Source of the DNA: an uncultured Nitrososphaerales archaeon
GTDB lineage: Archaea; Thermoproteota; Nitrososphaeria; Conexivisphaerales; UBA164
Direction of reading: 5' to 3'
NCBI GenBank assembly: GCA_964342655.1
Contig: CAYFFZ010000003.1
Span: 1-34,194 of the forward strand
DNA length: 34,194 bases
The notes under the pieces were generated by a model. The model was not told the origin of the DNA. It saw only the letters and a list, made by a program, of their open reading frames with translations, and made no database searches. Within the stretch, counting starts at the first letter, position 1. Each line of letters starts with the position of its first letter. A program made the position numbers and the translations under genes. This document shows positions 17,762 through 27,072 of the stretch, piece by piece.

Positions 17762-19267
17762 TTAGGTCACTTTTATGAGAAATTGTTTGTGCTGATCGCT
17801 GAAATTGCTACTCTTTAATGCAAAGTAGAATCCTCCAGTTAGAAAAGATGCATGAAAAGCTGCCCATGCTAAGTTTATTATCAGGGCTTCTTTAAGAAGC
17901 ATATTTCCAGTTAAGTATGTCATAATAATTCCTTTAGCCAGCGTTAAATAGAGCAATATAAGGAACAATATGTGTGCTATGAGCTGCCTGCTATATTTTA
18001 CGGTTTTTCCTTTGGGTGTTACCCTAAAAGGCACCCTTCTTCTAAAAAGCCACGCTAAGAACGATAGAGTTACAGGGAAAAATACCATATATTCCAGAAA
18101 CTGGTGATATAAGAACCCTTTCAATCCATACTCTTTTTCTTTCATTACCAAACCATAAAACGAAAAGGAAAAAACTACAAAAGGAAGGTAAATCAAAGCA
18201 TAAAGCGCGGGATTTATCCTTACTATCGGTATGTAGAATAGTATAAAGATAGGTGGAGCTAGCAGCTGGAAAAGCGTTAAAGGCCCAGCTTCAACCCAGT
18301 AAAACCATCCAGATAAGTAGTCGATAAAGGCTGAAAAGCTTAGATCCGATTTAAGTATCTTTTTTATAATTTGAAAACTTCCAAATGACCATCTGGATTG
18401 CTGAATAAAATAAGCATTTATGTCAGTAGGGGGTTCTCCATACCATATAAGAGGTTTGTTTACGTATTTAGATTGATAACCTAGCTCGTGTATTTTTATA
18501 GAAGTTGCGACATCTTCTGTAATGCTACTTTCATCTAAATAACCCACTTGTTTTAAAACCGAAATTCTGTAAACTGTACCCGATCCTAACGAAAAGGCAG
18601 ACGTGTAATCCCTCCCCTGCATTATAAGATAAAGAAATGGGTTTTGCTGATACCTTGAACCTTCTGCTACCTTTGTTCTCAGCTCTGTATATTTTTGAGG
18701 AACCTGTACAAAAGCAATTGTTTCATCCTTAAAATAAGGTAAAACTTCATCAAAAAAGTCCTCAGTAGGCCTCTGGTCGGCGTCAAAAATGGCGACCAAA
18801 TCATATTTATCATCTATCTGTTTTAAGGCATCGTTTATAGCACCAGCCTTAAAACCCCTTCTTGTACTTCTGTGAAAGTAATAAATTCCATTATTTTTGC
18901 AAAAATCAGAGAGTTCCTTTGCTATTTTTTCATCTGTAGAATCGTCAAGCAGGAAAACATCACCTCTGTTACGTAGCGCAACCTTTACCGACCTTAAAGT
19001 CCCCTTAACAATTTCCGGATCCTCATTATATGAAGTAACAAACGCTGCAACTCTTAGGTTCTGATCTTTACCTATTACTCTTGTTTTGTATCTTCTGGAT
19101 CTTAAATACAGTATAAAGAAAGTTATGAAATTAAAGAAACCAACAAATATAGATAGCCACAGAAAATAAGTGAACCAAATTAGGTAAACGTTTGCAAAAG
19201 TAAAGTAAGTAACTATAAAAGAAATTAAAAAAGGAAGCAAAAAATAAAGGATGTTTATTAATTTCAT
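17762..19267 (-). CDS. Processive GT2 glycosyltransferase, cellulose synthase (BcsA)-like, lacking PilZ
   Basis: YNED, LDDS, FKAGAIN, FDAD, QVPQ, GSG, ITED, QQSRW, FRVTPK; 2 N-terminal and several C-terminal TM helices. Confidence 0.88.
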   Translation of the reverse strand: MKLINILYFLLPFLISFIVTYFTFANVYLIWFTYFLWLSIFVGFFNFITFFILYLRSRRYKTRVIGKDQNLRVAAFVTSYNEDPEIVKGTLRSVKVALRNRGDVFLLDDSTDEKIAKELSDFCKNNGIYYFHRSTRRGFKAGAINDALKQIDDKYDLVAIFDADQRPTEDFFDEVLPYFKDETIAFVQVPQKYTELRTKVAEGSRYQQNPFLYLIMQGRDYTSAFSLGSGTVYRISVLKQVGYLDESSITEDVATSIKIHELGYQSKYVNKPLIWYGEPPTDINAYFIQQSRWSFGSFQIIKKILKSDLSFSAFIDYLSGWFYWVEAGPLTLFQLLAPPIFILFYIPIVRINPALYALIYLPFVVFSFSFYGLVMKEKEYGLKGFLYHQFLEYMVFFPVTLSFLAWLFRRRVPFRVTPKGKTVKYSRQLIAHILFLILLYLTLAKGIIMTYLTGNMLLKEALIINLAWAAFHASFLTGGFYFALKSSNFSDQHKQFLIKVT

Positions 19268-19370
19268 TAACTATATTAACTATTTTTTAAACTAAAATTT
19301 AAACATTATACAAAAAATGAAAGATAATAAAGATTTATAATCAAATATTAATAAAATATTAAAATGAGTA

Positions 19371-20615
19371 ATGAAAATAGAAGTATTCCCCGCTTTAAGC
19401 TATAGCTTAGTATATCCATCGATCATTAGTTTAGCTTCTAACATAGCTTTCAGAGGCAAAACGGTTGCGCTTATCGATTTTATCTCAAAAAGCGAAATTA
19501 AAAAGGCAATTACTGGGAATTCTATTTCGGATTTTTACAGCGAAAAAGTAGGAGATGGCATGGTTTTTTACGTTAACGTCGTAACGTCTCAAGAAAAAAT
19601 TGGAATAAAAGAGGCCATAGAGAGTGCCTACAAAAGGCTTAAAGAAAAAAGAATAGAAATAAAGATCGTTCTGTTTCCCGGAATTGTAGAATCAAATACA
19701 TCTCTTTTAAACGAAGAACGGTCAGTTTATAAAGAGAACTTTGGAGATGAAGAAACACGACATTTGTTGCTTATTGGGTTGGAGAGGCTTTTTACCTCAC
19801 AGAGCCTTCATTCGTTAGCTTCAGGTTTAGATTTAAAAAGGACGTATGCGGTTTTTGTTTATGAAAGATGGCAGGAATATATGGTTTCTTCTATGGAGCA
19901 AAGGATAAAGGAAAAAGTTTCTGAGGAAGGCTTTGCTGGTTACTTTTTTTTGATAGCGGAAATAGGGAGGCTTCCGATCTCTTTCGGTAGCTCACGAGAG
20001 TACGAGCCAGATCACAGAATAATAGAAGAAATATTAAAAAAATCAGAAGAACGCCCTATAATTGGCAAAATAAGGGGGGCTGAAAACTTAGAAGAAGTTA
20101 TTACAAAGAAAAGGGTCATAGTCATTAACGGTTCATCTTTTACGCTGAGGGATCAGATTCTTGAAATGATTATCGATAGGTTAGGATCTTCTAACGTGAT
20201 TGTCCTTAATGCTGGTAAGTTCAAAACAAAAATTGGGGTTGAAGAACTTAAAGTGTTGCCAAGCTTTGTTGATGATAGGTTCAAGGGTAAAAACATGGGA
20301 GACGTAAAGGCTATTGCAAAAAGGCTTGCAGAGGAAGTCATAAAAAACGCCGAGAAAAAAGAAAACGTAGTGCTTGTGGTCTACGAGACAGGTAATATAA
20401 CGCCTGGAATCATAGGTTATGACAGCAGAACAATAAGCTATGAATTCTGGAACAGCTTTTTGACTCATATTAATTATAGCATGAAAGTTTCAAAGGTAAT
20501 ATTCGTATGCGACCCTGACGTGGAATCTTGTGGACCAATAGAAGCTCTCGCAGAAGCCGTTATAATGTGCAAAGGAGAAATGGAAAACGAAGTTATAATA
20601 AAAACAAAAGAATAA
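19371..20615 (+). CDS. Hypothetical protein, possibly two degenerate P-loop domains (MinD/ParA-like plus RecA/KaiC-like)
   Basis: 414-aa ORF. LASNIAFRGKTVALIDF resembles the ParA/MinD segment after Walker A, but no intact GKT/S Walker A is present. Confidence 0.55.
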   Translation: MKIEVFPALSYSLVYPSIISLASNIAFRGKTVALIDFISKSEIKKAITGNSISDFYSEKVGDGMVFYVNVVTSQEKIGIKEAIESAYKRLKEKRIEIKIVLFPGIVESNTSLLNEERSVYKENFGDEETRHLLLIGLERLFTSQSLHSLASGLDLKRTYAVFVYERWQEYMVSSMEQRIKEKVSEEGFAGYFFLIAEIGRLPISFGSSREYEPDHRIIEEILKKSEERPIIGKIRGAENLEEVITKKRVIVINGSSFTLRDQILEMIIDRLGSSNVIVLNAGKFKTKIGVEELKVLPSFVDDRFKGKNMGDVKAIAKRLAEEVIKNAEKKENVVLVVYETGNITPGIIGYDSRTISYEFWNSFLTHINYSMKVSKVIFVCDPDVESCGPIEALAEAVIMCKGEMENEVIIKTKE

Positions 20616-20619
20616 AAAT

Positions 20620-21270
20620 TTACTTTGCGCTTTGCGCTTGCTGTTGCTGTACTGGAGGCAGGACGTAGATCTTGTTTCCGAGTATCATGTTATTAGGTAT
20701 CAAAACTGTTGTCGTGTTATCCATCTTCTTTATTACCGTAAACAGTATGCCTAAATCCTCTACTATACCTTCTTCACCAAGCAAGTTAACATGGTCGTTG
20801 ATCTTAAAAGGCCTAGAAATAAGAAGGAACAAGCCGGCTACCGCCTGACCCATAACCTGTTGTGTAGCAAAGCCTATCACTATTCCAAGAAAACCACCTA
20901 CGCTTACGCCTGCGAGTCCTCCGCCAACAGCTCCTGCTATCGCGGTTATCAGAGCACCAACTCCTATGAGAAGGAAGACGTTTCTGAAAGCCCTCGCAAC
21001 GTCATGAGGGTATCTGATCCGCATAAAATGATAGATGGTATCGGCAAATGCAACTATTATGAGGTAGCCGAAAACAAATGTGAGTCCGACGTTTATATAA
21101 ACGCTATAAGCTTTGAGCTCGGGCAGAACGTTTATTTCCAACCATTGGAAGGCTGCCATTACAACCGCATAAATTATTATATATATTACTAGCTTGGTGA
21201 GAGACTTTACGTAACCTTTCTCCAGCATGTTTCCCTGTGTTCCTTTAGAATTTTGCAAACTTTGAGACAT
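20620..21270 (-). CDS. mscS: Small-conductance mechanosensitive channel
   Basis: GIVIGFATQQ...AVAGLFLLISRPFKINDHV, G.VEDL, LIPN. Confidence 0.9.
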   Translation of the reverse strand: MSQSLQNSKGTQGNMLEKGYVKSLTKLVIYIIIYAVVMAAFQWLEINVLPELKAYSVYINVGLTFVFGYLIIVAFADTIYHFMRIRYPHDVARAFRNVFLLIGVGALITAIAGAVGGGLAGVSVGGFLGIVIGFATQQVMGQAVAGLFLLISRPFKINDHVNLLGEEGIVEDLGILFTVIKKMDNTTTVLIPNNMILGNKIYVLPPVQQQQAQSAK

Positions 21271-21420
21271 TTTGTATATTTTTAGTCAGAAGATCCATAT
21301 AAATTTTTCAATTTATTACATAATATAACAATATTTAACTTAATTTTTACATTTTATTAGCAGGTGTTATTATTTAGAAATATCAAAATCGTTTTATATA
21401 TCCTTTACAACGGTTTTGGT

Positions 21421-22962
21421 ATGAAAAAATCAATACTGTCTCTTGTACTGATATGTTTAATGATAGCTGCGACGCCCGTTTATGCTCAAGTACAGGAGCT
21501 TTCAATAACGGGGGTAAGCTTTGGACCATCTTCTTCTCCGATAGAGGTTGAGCCTGGTTCCTTTAATGTGCCACTTTTTATATACGTAACTAACGCTGGG
21601 CAACTTCCTGCTACAAATGTAAGCGTGAAAGCTGAAAGTACAAACGTTTTTTACGTTATAAGTGAACCTCAAAACGCCTCCTTCATACCTCCTGGAGGGA
21701 CAGTTCCGTTTATCTCATACATTAACGTGAGCTATAAAGCTGTGAGTGGCATTTATGCATTACCTGTAACGGTAAGTTATATTGAAGCAGGCTCTCAGAA
21801 GAACTTTACATACTATGCTCAGCTCCCGATATCAACCTTTTCAAGCATGCAAGTTTATTCTTTGTACTGGGGAAGCGGAACAACACTTGCATATCCTGGT
21901 GCTTCTGGGCTTCCGCTTACGCTTGTTGTTAGAAACGCGGGAACCAATACAGCTTATAACGCCACGGTAAGCTTGAATTTAAAGTACCCGTTTTACGCGG
22001 CTTCTGGCAGCAAGCTTCAGGAGTTCGTGGGCACCGTGCCTCCGGGCGTTAGCGTGCCTCTGGAATTTTACCTAAATGTGAACTCTTCGGCAGTTACTGG
22101 ATACTACCCGCTAAATGTAACATTGCAGTGGAACAACGGGATAGAAACCGTACAGCAAGTGTATGTGCCTGTTCTCGGAGCTCCTGATGTAACTGTTCAG
22201 GGCTTTGGTCTTAACCCCACTCAGATATTTCCTGGAACTCAGGACGCTGAGCTCATGATATCGGTAGTAAACTCAGGCAACGTAACAGCCAGCAACGTAA
22301 ACGTAAACGTTTCTGTTTCGAGACCAATGAGCCTTGCATCGCCATCCAGCACTACAATAGGATTGTTGCCTCCTGGAACACCAGTGCAGCTTACTTACCT
22401 TGTAAGCATTAACAGCAGCGCCTCATCACCATCGTATGCTGAAGTCAGCTTGAAAATATCATATAACGGAAAAAGCTACATTTCAGATTTGAGTGTTCCG
22501 ATTTCTTCCAGAGCTCAGCTAAGCGTTTCTCCCGAATCAGTTTCATTAACCCAGGGAGCTTCAGACGTAACCATAACCTACAATATAACCAATTATGGCA
22601 ACTCTACAGCTAAGGACGTCCAAGCTGAGCTTCTGCTCCCCAACATGCTCAGCGGAAATACATACGACTATCTGGGGGATATACCTCCTGGGGGAAGCGC
22701 AACAGCGGTGTTTTCGCTTGAAGTGGGATCAGGCGCCCCAACAGGTACATTCAGGGGTACAATGGTGACTACTTGGCTTCAGGACAACGCTCCTGGACAG
22801 CTTTTCAGCGAAAGGATGCCGGTAAACTTTATAATAAAGGAATCTTACATCAACCAAATTTTAGCCTACGTTTCTACTCCTCCCGTCTTTTACGGAATTG
22901 TAATAGCTATAGTGCTGGTTATCGTGGCGATCATAGTCGCAGCCATGGCGAGGAGAAGATGA
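21421..22962 (+). CDS. COG1361/S-layer-domain surface protein with repeated Ig/CARDB-like domains
   Basis: Sec signal MKKSILSLVL..VYA; four repeats of N.G...A.NV...G.(I/L)PPG; C-terminal TM plus RRR. ATG 21421 preferred. Confidence 0.85.
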   Translation: MKKSILSLVLICLMIAATPVYAQVQELSITGVSFGPSSSPIEVEPGSFNVPLFIYVTNAGQLPATNVSVKAESTNVFYVISEPQNASFIPPGGTVPFISYINVSYKAVSGIYALPVTVSYIEAGSQKNFTYYAQLPISTFSSMQVYSLYWGSGTTLAYPGASGLPLTLVVRNAGTNTAYNATVSLNLKYPFYAASGSKLQEFVGTVPPGVSVPLEFYLNVNSSAVTGYYPLNVTLQWNNGIETVQQVYVPVLGAPDVTVQGFGLNPTQIFPGTQDAELMISVVNSGNVTASNVNVNVSVSRPMSLASPSSTTIGLLPPGTPVQLTYLVSINSSASSPSYAEVSLKISYNGKSYISDLSVPISSRAQLSVSPESVSLTQGASDVTITYNITNYGNSTAKDVQAELLLPNMLSGNTYDYLGDIPPGGSATAVFSLEVGSGAPTGTFRGTMVTTWLQDNAPGQLFSERMPVNFIIKESYINQILAYVSTPPVFYGIVIAIVLVIVAIIVAAMARRR

Positions 22963-23729
22963 GCTACGCTGTAGAAGCAGAAAACCTGACAAAATATTTT
23001 GGTAACCTTATAGCAGTAGACGGAGTATCGTTTAAGGTAAAGAAGGGAGAAATATTCGGGCTGGTTGGACCGAACGGTGCCGGTAAAAGCACGCTAATAA
23101 GGATGATATGCACAGTACTTAGGCCAAGCACAGGCAGAGCTTATGTTGAAGGCTATGACATAATGAAGCAGGCTCAGGAAGTTAGAAAACTTATAGGCGT
23201 AGTTCAGGAAAAGCTTATACTTTATGCGCCGTTAACCCCAGTTGAAAACCTTGAATTTTTCGGTAAACTTTACGGGCTTGAGCCAAAGGTTTTAAAAGAG
23301 AGGATCAAAGAGCTCCTTGAGGAAGTAAAGCTCATAGCGGTAAAGGACAAACCAGTTGGAACATTTTCAACAGGTATGAGGCAAAGGGTGAACATAGCCA
23401 GAGCGCTCCTACACGATCCAAAACTCGTGATTCTGGACGAGCCGACTAACGGGCTCGACCCGCAGAGCGTAAGATGGGTTCGAGATTACATATTAAACCT
23501 GAAAAACAAAGGGCTAACAGTAATACTTACGTCACATGACATGTATGAAATAGATGAGCTTTCTGATACAGTGGCGATAATGGATAAGGGAAAGATACTC
23601 GAAATCGGTAAAAAAGAAGACCTTAAAGCGAAATATAAGGCCAGCAAGATAGAAGATGTGTTTCTGGAGCTAACAGGAAGAGAACTAAGGGATGAAATAA
23701 CTGGTAGGCTGCGAAGAAGGGGATGGTGA
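22959..23729 (+). CDS. ABC transporter ATP-binding protein (DrrA-like)
   Basis: GPNGAGKS, FSTGMRQR, ILDEPT, SH. ATG 22959 overlaps the upstream TGA. Confidence 0.93.
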   Translation: MSYAVEAENLTKYFGNLIAVDGVSFKVKKGEIFGLVGPNGAGKSTLIRMICTVLRPSTGRAYVEGYDIMKQAQEVRKLIGVVQEKLILYAPLTPVENLEFFGKLYGLEPKVLKERIKELLEEVKLIAVKDKPVGTFSTGMRQRVNIARALLHDPKLVILDEPTNGLDPQSVRWVRDYILNLKNKGLTVILTSHDMYEIDELSDTVAIMDKGKILEIGKKEDLKAKYKASKIEDVFLELTGRELRDEITGRLRRRGW

Positions 23730-24868
23730 TGAAAGGACCTTTATATCATCTTTACGTGATAATGAGAAAAGACCTGACAGAGTTCTACAGGGTAAGGGCT
23801 AGGCTCGTTTCCATGATTTTGCTTCCGATTTTGCTCATGCTACTTTTTGGATACATGTTCCCTAGTAACGGGACGATTACTCATATACCTATAGCCGTAG
23901 TCAATCAGGATCAGTCTGCTGCTGCCCTCAGCACCATAAATAGTTTTATCTACATGGCTCAATCAGGAGGTTCCTTTAACGTTATAACTTACAGCTCACT
24001 TGCGCAGGCTGAACAGGCTTTGCTACAGGGTAAAGTTTATGCTGTTGTTATATTCAGACAGGGTCTTGGACAAGAACTTAGCTCGGGAAAGGCAAATGTA
24101 CAGGTTATAGTTGATCAGATGAACCCAACCCTTGATCAGATAGTGACTGCTGGGATTCAGCAGATTTTCTCGCAGCTGAATGTGCAGCTTAACATGAATC
24201 AAGGCTTCCCAACATCTCTTGGGACCATATCCGTTAACTTTCAGGGGTTGATTCCCGGATCCCCGAGCAGTTTTGAATTCCTCGCTCCTGGTTTTATAGC
24301 TATGAGCGTTGTAATGGGCGGACTTGCAGGGCTTGCTATGGCATTCTCAAGGGAAAGAGAGCTCGGAACTATGGATGGGATCCTTATGACACCGGTTTCA
24401 AGATTTTCAATAGTTATGGGAAAAGCTATGGCACAGGCAGTTAGAGGGATAATAAGCGGGATCATTATAGTCATTTTATCAATTTTGCTGTTTGGAGTAA
24501 AGATATACGGAAATGTTTTCCTGATGGCGTTGATACTTTTCCTAGGAATACTCGCTTTTACAGGTTTGGGGATTATAGCTACGAGCTTTGTAAGCGATCA
24601 GGAGTCAGCCCAGATGATAATGCTGATGCTAGAAATGCCCATGATATTCATTTCGGGTATATTCTATCCAGTCCTTCAGCTGCCTTGGTGGCTAAGGGAC
24701 ATAGCATACATGTTTCCCCTTGTTTACACCGTTACGGGATTCAGGTCCGTAATGGTCATGAACGCACCATTTTCCGCTGTCTGGAACGACGTGCTAGTGC
24801 TTCTCATATACTCAGTCGTAACCTTTGCTGTAGCGATACCTCTTTTCCAGAGAATGGTTACAAAGTAG
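23723..24868 (+). CDS. ABC-2 type permease with an extracellular domain
   Basis: IPIAVVNQD, FLAPG, RERELGTMD.IL.TP, ISGIFYP..LP.WL. Confidence 0.92.
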   Translation: MVMKGPLYHLYVIMRKDLTEFYRVRARLVSMILLPILLMLLFGYMFPSNGTITHIPIAVVNQDQSAAALSTINSFIYMAQSGGSFNVITYSSLAQAEQALLQGKVYAVVIFRQGLGQELSSGKANVQVIVDQMNPTLDQIVTAGIQQIFSQLNVQLNMNQGFPTSLGTISVNFQGLIPGSPSSFEFLAPGFIAMSVVMGGLAGLAMAFSRERELGTMDGILMTPVSRFSIVMGKAMAQAVRGIISGIIIVILSILLFGVKIYGNVFLMALILFLGILAFTGLGIIATSFVSDQESAQMIMLMLEMPMIFISGIFYPVLQLPWWLRDIAYMFPLVYTVTGFRSVMVMNAPFSAVWNDVLVLLIYSVVTFAVAIPLFQRMVTK

Positions 24869-25006
24869 ATTGTTAGGATTTTAAACCGCTTTGAGTTTTA
24901 TGCATCAAAATGCGTTAAAACAATTTAAATTTTTTTAAAAATAAAAACATTAAAAGACAAAAATTCAACCTTAAAACATAAATAATAACACTGTTATAAA
25001 AGCCGC

Positions 25007-25588
25007 ATGAACGCAGATAAGCTAAATGTTTTAGGTATACCTGGAAGCGTAAGGAAAGGGTCCTACAACAGGTTACTGCTTGAAAACGCCTTTATGATGC
25101 TTCCGCAGGGTTCTCATGCTGAAATTTTTGACATTTCAAGGATACCGTTGTTCAATCAAGATATGGAAAAGGATCCCCCTGAAGATGTTAAACTGCTAAA
25201 AGAAAAGGTTAGGGCCTCTGATGTCATTCTTATATCAACGCCAGAATACAATCACAGCTATTCAGGAGTTTTAAAGAACGCTTTGGACTGGGTCTCAAGA
25301 CCACCTGCTGATAATCCATTTGTCTCAAAGGTTGTCGCAGTGTTTTCTGCATCTACTGGCAACGTAGGGGGGTCAAGGGCCCAAGAGCACTTAAGAGTGG
25401 TCTTAGAGGCTCTAGGTGCATATGTAATACCAAGGCCTGAGGTGATCCTCACAAACGCAGACAAAAAGTTCAACCCTGAAGGTAAGCTAATTGATACGGT
25501 TGCCGTTGAACTAACTAAAAGGCTTATAGAAGAAGCTGTAAGGCTTGCCATTGCGATAAGGGAAAACCCGGTAATCCAAGTCTTTTAG
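25007..25588 (+). CDS. NAD(P)H-dependent FMN reductase (SsuE/ChrR family)
   Basis: GSVRKGSYN, TPEYNHSYSGVLKNALDWVSR, GGSRAQEHLR. Confidence 0.93.
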   Translation: MNADKLNVLGIPGSVRKGSYNRLLLENAFMMLPQGSHAEIFDISRIPLFNQDMEKDPPEDVKLLKEKVRASDVILISTPEYNHSYSGVLKNALDWVSRPPADNPFVSKVVAVFSASTGNVGGSRAQEHLRVVLEALGAYVIPRPEVILTNADKKFNPEGKLIDTVAVELTKRLIEEAVRLAIAIRENPVIQVF

Positions 25589-25687
25589 ATTTAAACGCTT
25601 TAGTCGAAATCAAAGCGCAGCAAGTTTTTAGCTAACAAATTAATTTCAATGAAAGATTTTTATGAGTTTATTCTGTAAATTGTTATA

Positions 25688-26554
25688 ATGTCTGAATACT
25701 GGAAAGGTATAGCCAAAAGGTCAAGGGACGTTCAGTATGAAGAGCCGGGGCAAAGGTTAGAAATCAAAATGGTAGGGATAAGAGGATTTTCAGTCCCCGT
25801 ATCAAAATTTTCAAGGGATAACTTAAATTTTGCAATGGCAAGCGTAAACGCTTTTGTTGACCTTCCTGAGAAAATGAGGGGCATAAACATGTCAAGGACA
25901 GCTGTAAGCATATCCAGCGCTGTATCTTCTGTTTCAAAAATAGAGGAGCTTGCCAGCATGATAGCGCTTAAGTTATTGGAAGTTCACGAATATTCATTAA
26001 GAAGCGTTGTAAAGTTAAAAGGCGAAGGGTTTATTTTTACAAAATCTCCAGTAACGGGGCTTGAATCCATAGAAAGGTTTGGCTTTTTTGAAATCTCAAA
26101 GATTGAGCGTGGAAAGATTGAAGAAAACATAATCGGCACTGAAGTTACTGGAATTTCTGCGTGTCCTTGTGGGGCTGAGCTTATGAGAACAAAACTCAAC
26201 GGTATTGACGTTAACCCGACTCACATGCAGAGAGCAGAGGTTAAGGTCGCGTTAAAGGTTAGTGGCAAATACTTTGCCAAGTTTGAAGAGCTCATAGATA
26301 TCGCATACAGGTCACTGAGCGAAAGGGCCTACAGCTCTTTGAAGAGGGCTGATGAGGCTTTCCTAATATATTCTTCACTCAAAAATACAAAGTTTGTTGA
26401 AGATATTTACCGTTCGGCTGTTAGCGATTTATATCAGAAATTTAAAGACATGAACGGGATTTCTGGAGTCTTCGCAATGGTTAGGAGTATGGAGAGCATA
26501 CATGGGTACGATGCGGTCGCATCAGGCTGGCTGAACATAACAGCTAAAAAGTAA
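25688..26554 (+). CDS. GTP cyclohydrolase, FolE2/MptA family
   Basis: DVQ, RGINMSR, SACPC, THMQR, LKRADE, KFVED, ESIH.YDA. Confidence 0.9.
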   Translation: MSEYWKGIAKRSRDVQYEEPGQRLEIKMVGIRGFSVPVSKFSRDNLNFAMASVNAFVDLPEKMRGINMSRTAVSISSAVSSVSKIEELASMIALKLLEVHEYSLRSVVKLKGEGFIFTKSPVTGLESIERFGFFEISKIERGKIEENIIGTEVTGISACPCGAELMRTKLNGIDVNPTHMQRAEVKVALKVSGKYFAKFEELIDIAYRSLSERAYSSLKRADEAFLIYSSLKNTKFVEDIYRSAVSDLYQKFKDMNGISGVFAMVRSMESIHGYDAVASGWLNITAKK

Positions 26555-26561
26555 TTGTTTT

Positions 26562-27020
26562 TTAATTTAATTTTTGAAAACTATGTTTGCCCCTAGCAGA
26601 GCTCATCAATGCTGTAATTATGAAAAGGATTATGGAAATAAAGAACACGAACCTCTGTCCCGCAAGGTAATCGCTTGCCAGCTGCAGGCTGAGCCCCCTG
26701 TAAAAGGATAAGGAACAGTTATGACAATCTTTAAAAAAATCCTGTATAAAAATAATATAAGCGTGGAAAAGCTTTATACTATGAGCGAAGCCAGCATTGT
26801 AAAGTTTCTTTCTTCTGCAGATGTCAGCTATTCTTCCGAGGCTAAGCATCAGAGAAGCGTTAACAAGTATATATGCAACCTTGACCCAGACAGCGGTTAT
26901 ATAATCCGTCTTCAAGTCTTCAGCAATAGGTAGAATAGCAAGTATAACTATGGAGCTATCAATTGTCGTCATAAGGCTTCCTATAACGGTGACGGGCCAC
27001 ACAGTCTATTTATATTCTAT
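26562..27020 (-). pseudogene. Decayed EmrB/QacA-type MFS transporter
   Basis: TM1-TM2 (IDSSIV, GRIAD..RKK) joined to a C-terminal-like helix, about 150 codons in total. The upstream in-frame sequence reads ATA-GAA-TAT-AAA-TAG (I-E-Y-K-stop). Confidence 0.8.
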
Positions 27021-27072
27021 GATTCAGAACATAATACATTAACGTTATATGAATTATAGAAAAATTAGCGGC

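Noticed and set aside
21364-21420. Upstream GTG start of the surface protein
   Set aside because: The signal peptide begins at ATG 21421, and a TATA-like TTTTATATA lies within the extension.
22773-22958. N-terminal extension of the ABC ATPase in the ORF track
   Set aside because: It overlaps the surface-protein gene; ATG 22959 with ATGA coupling gives a normal-length ATPase.
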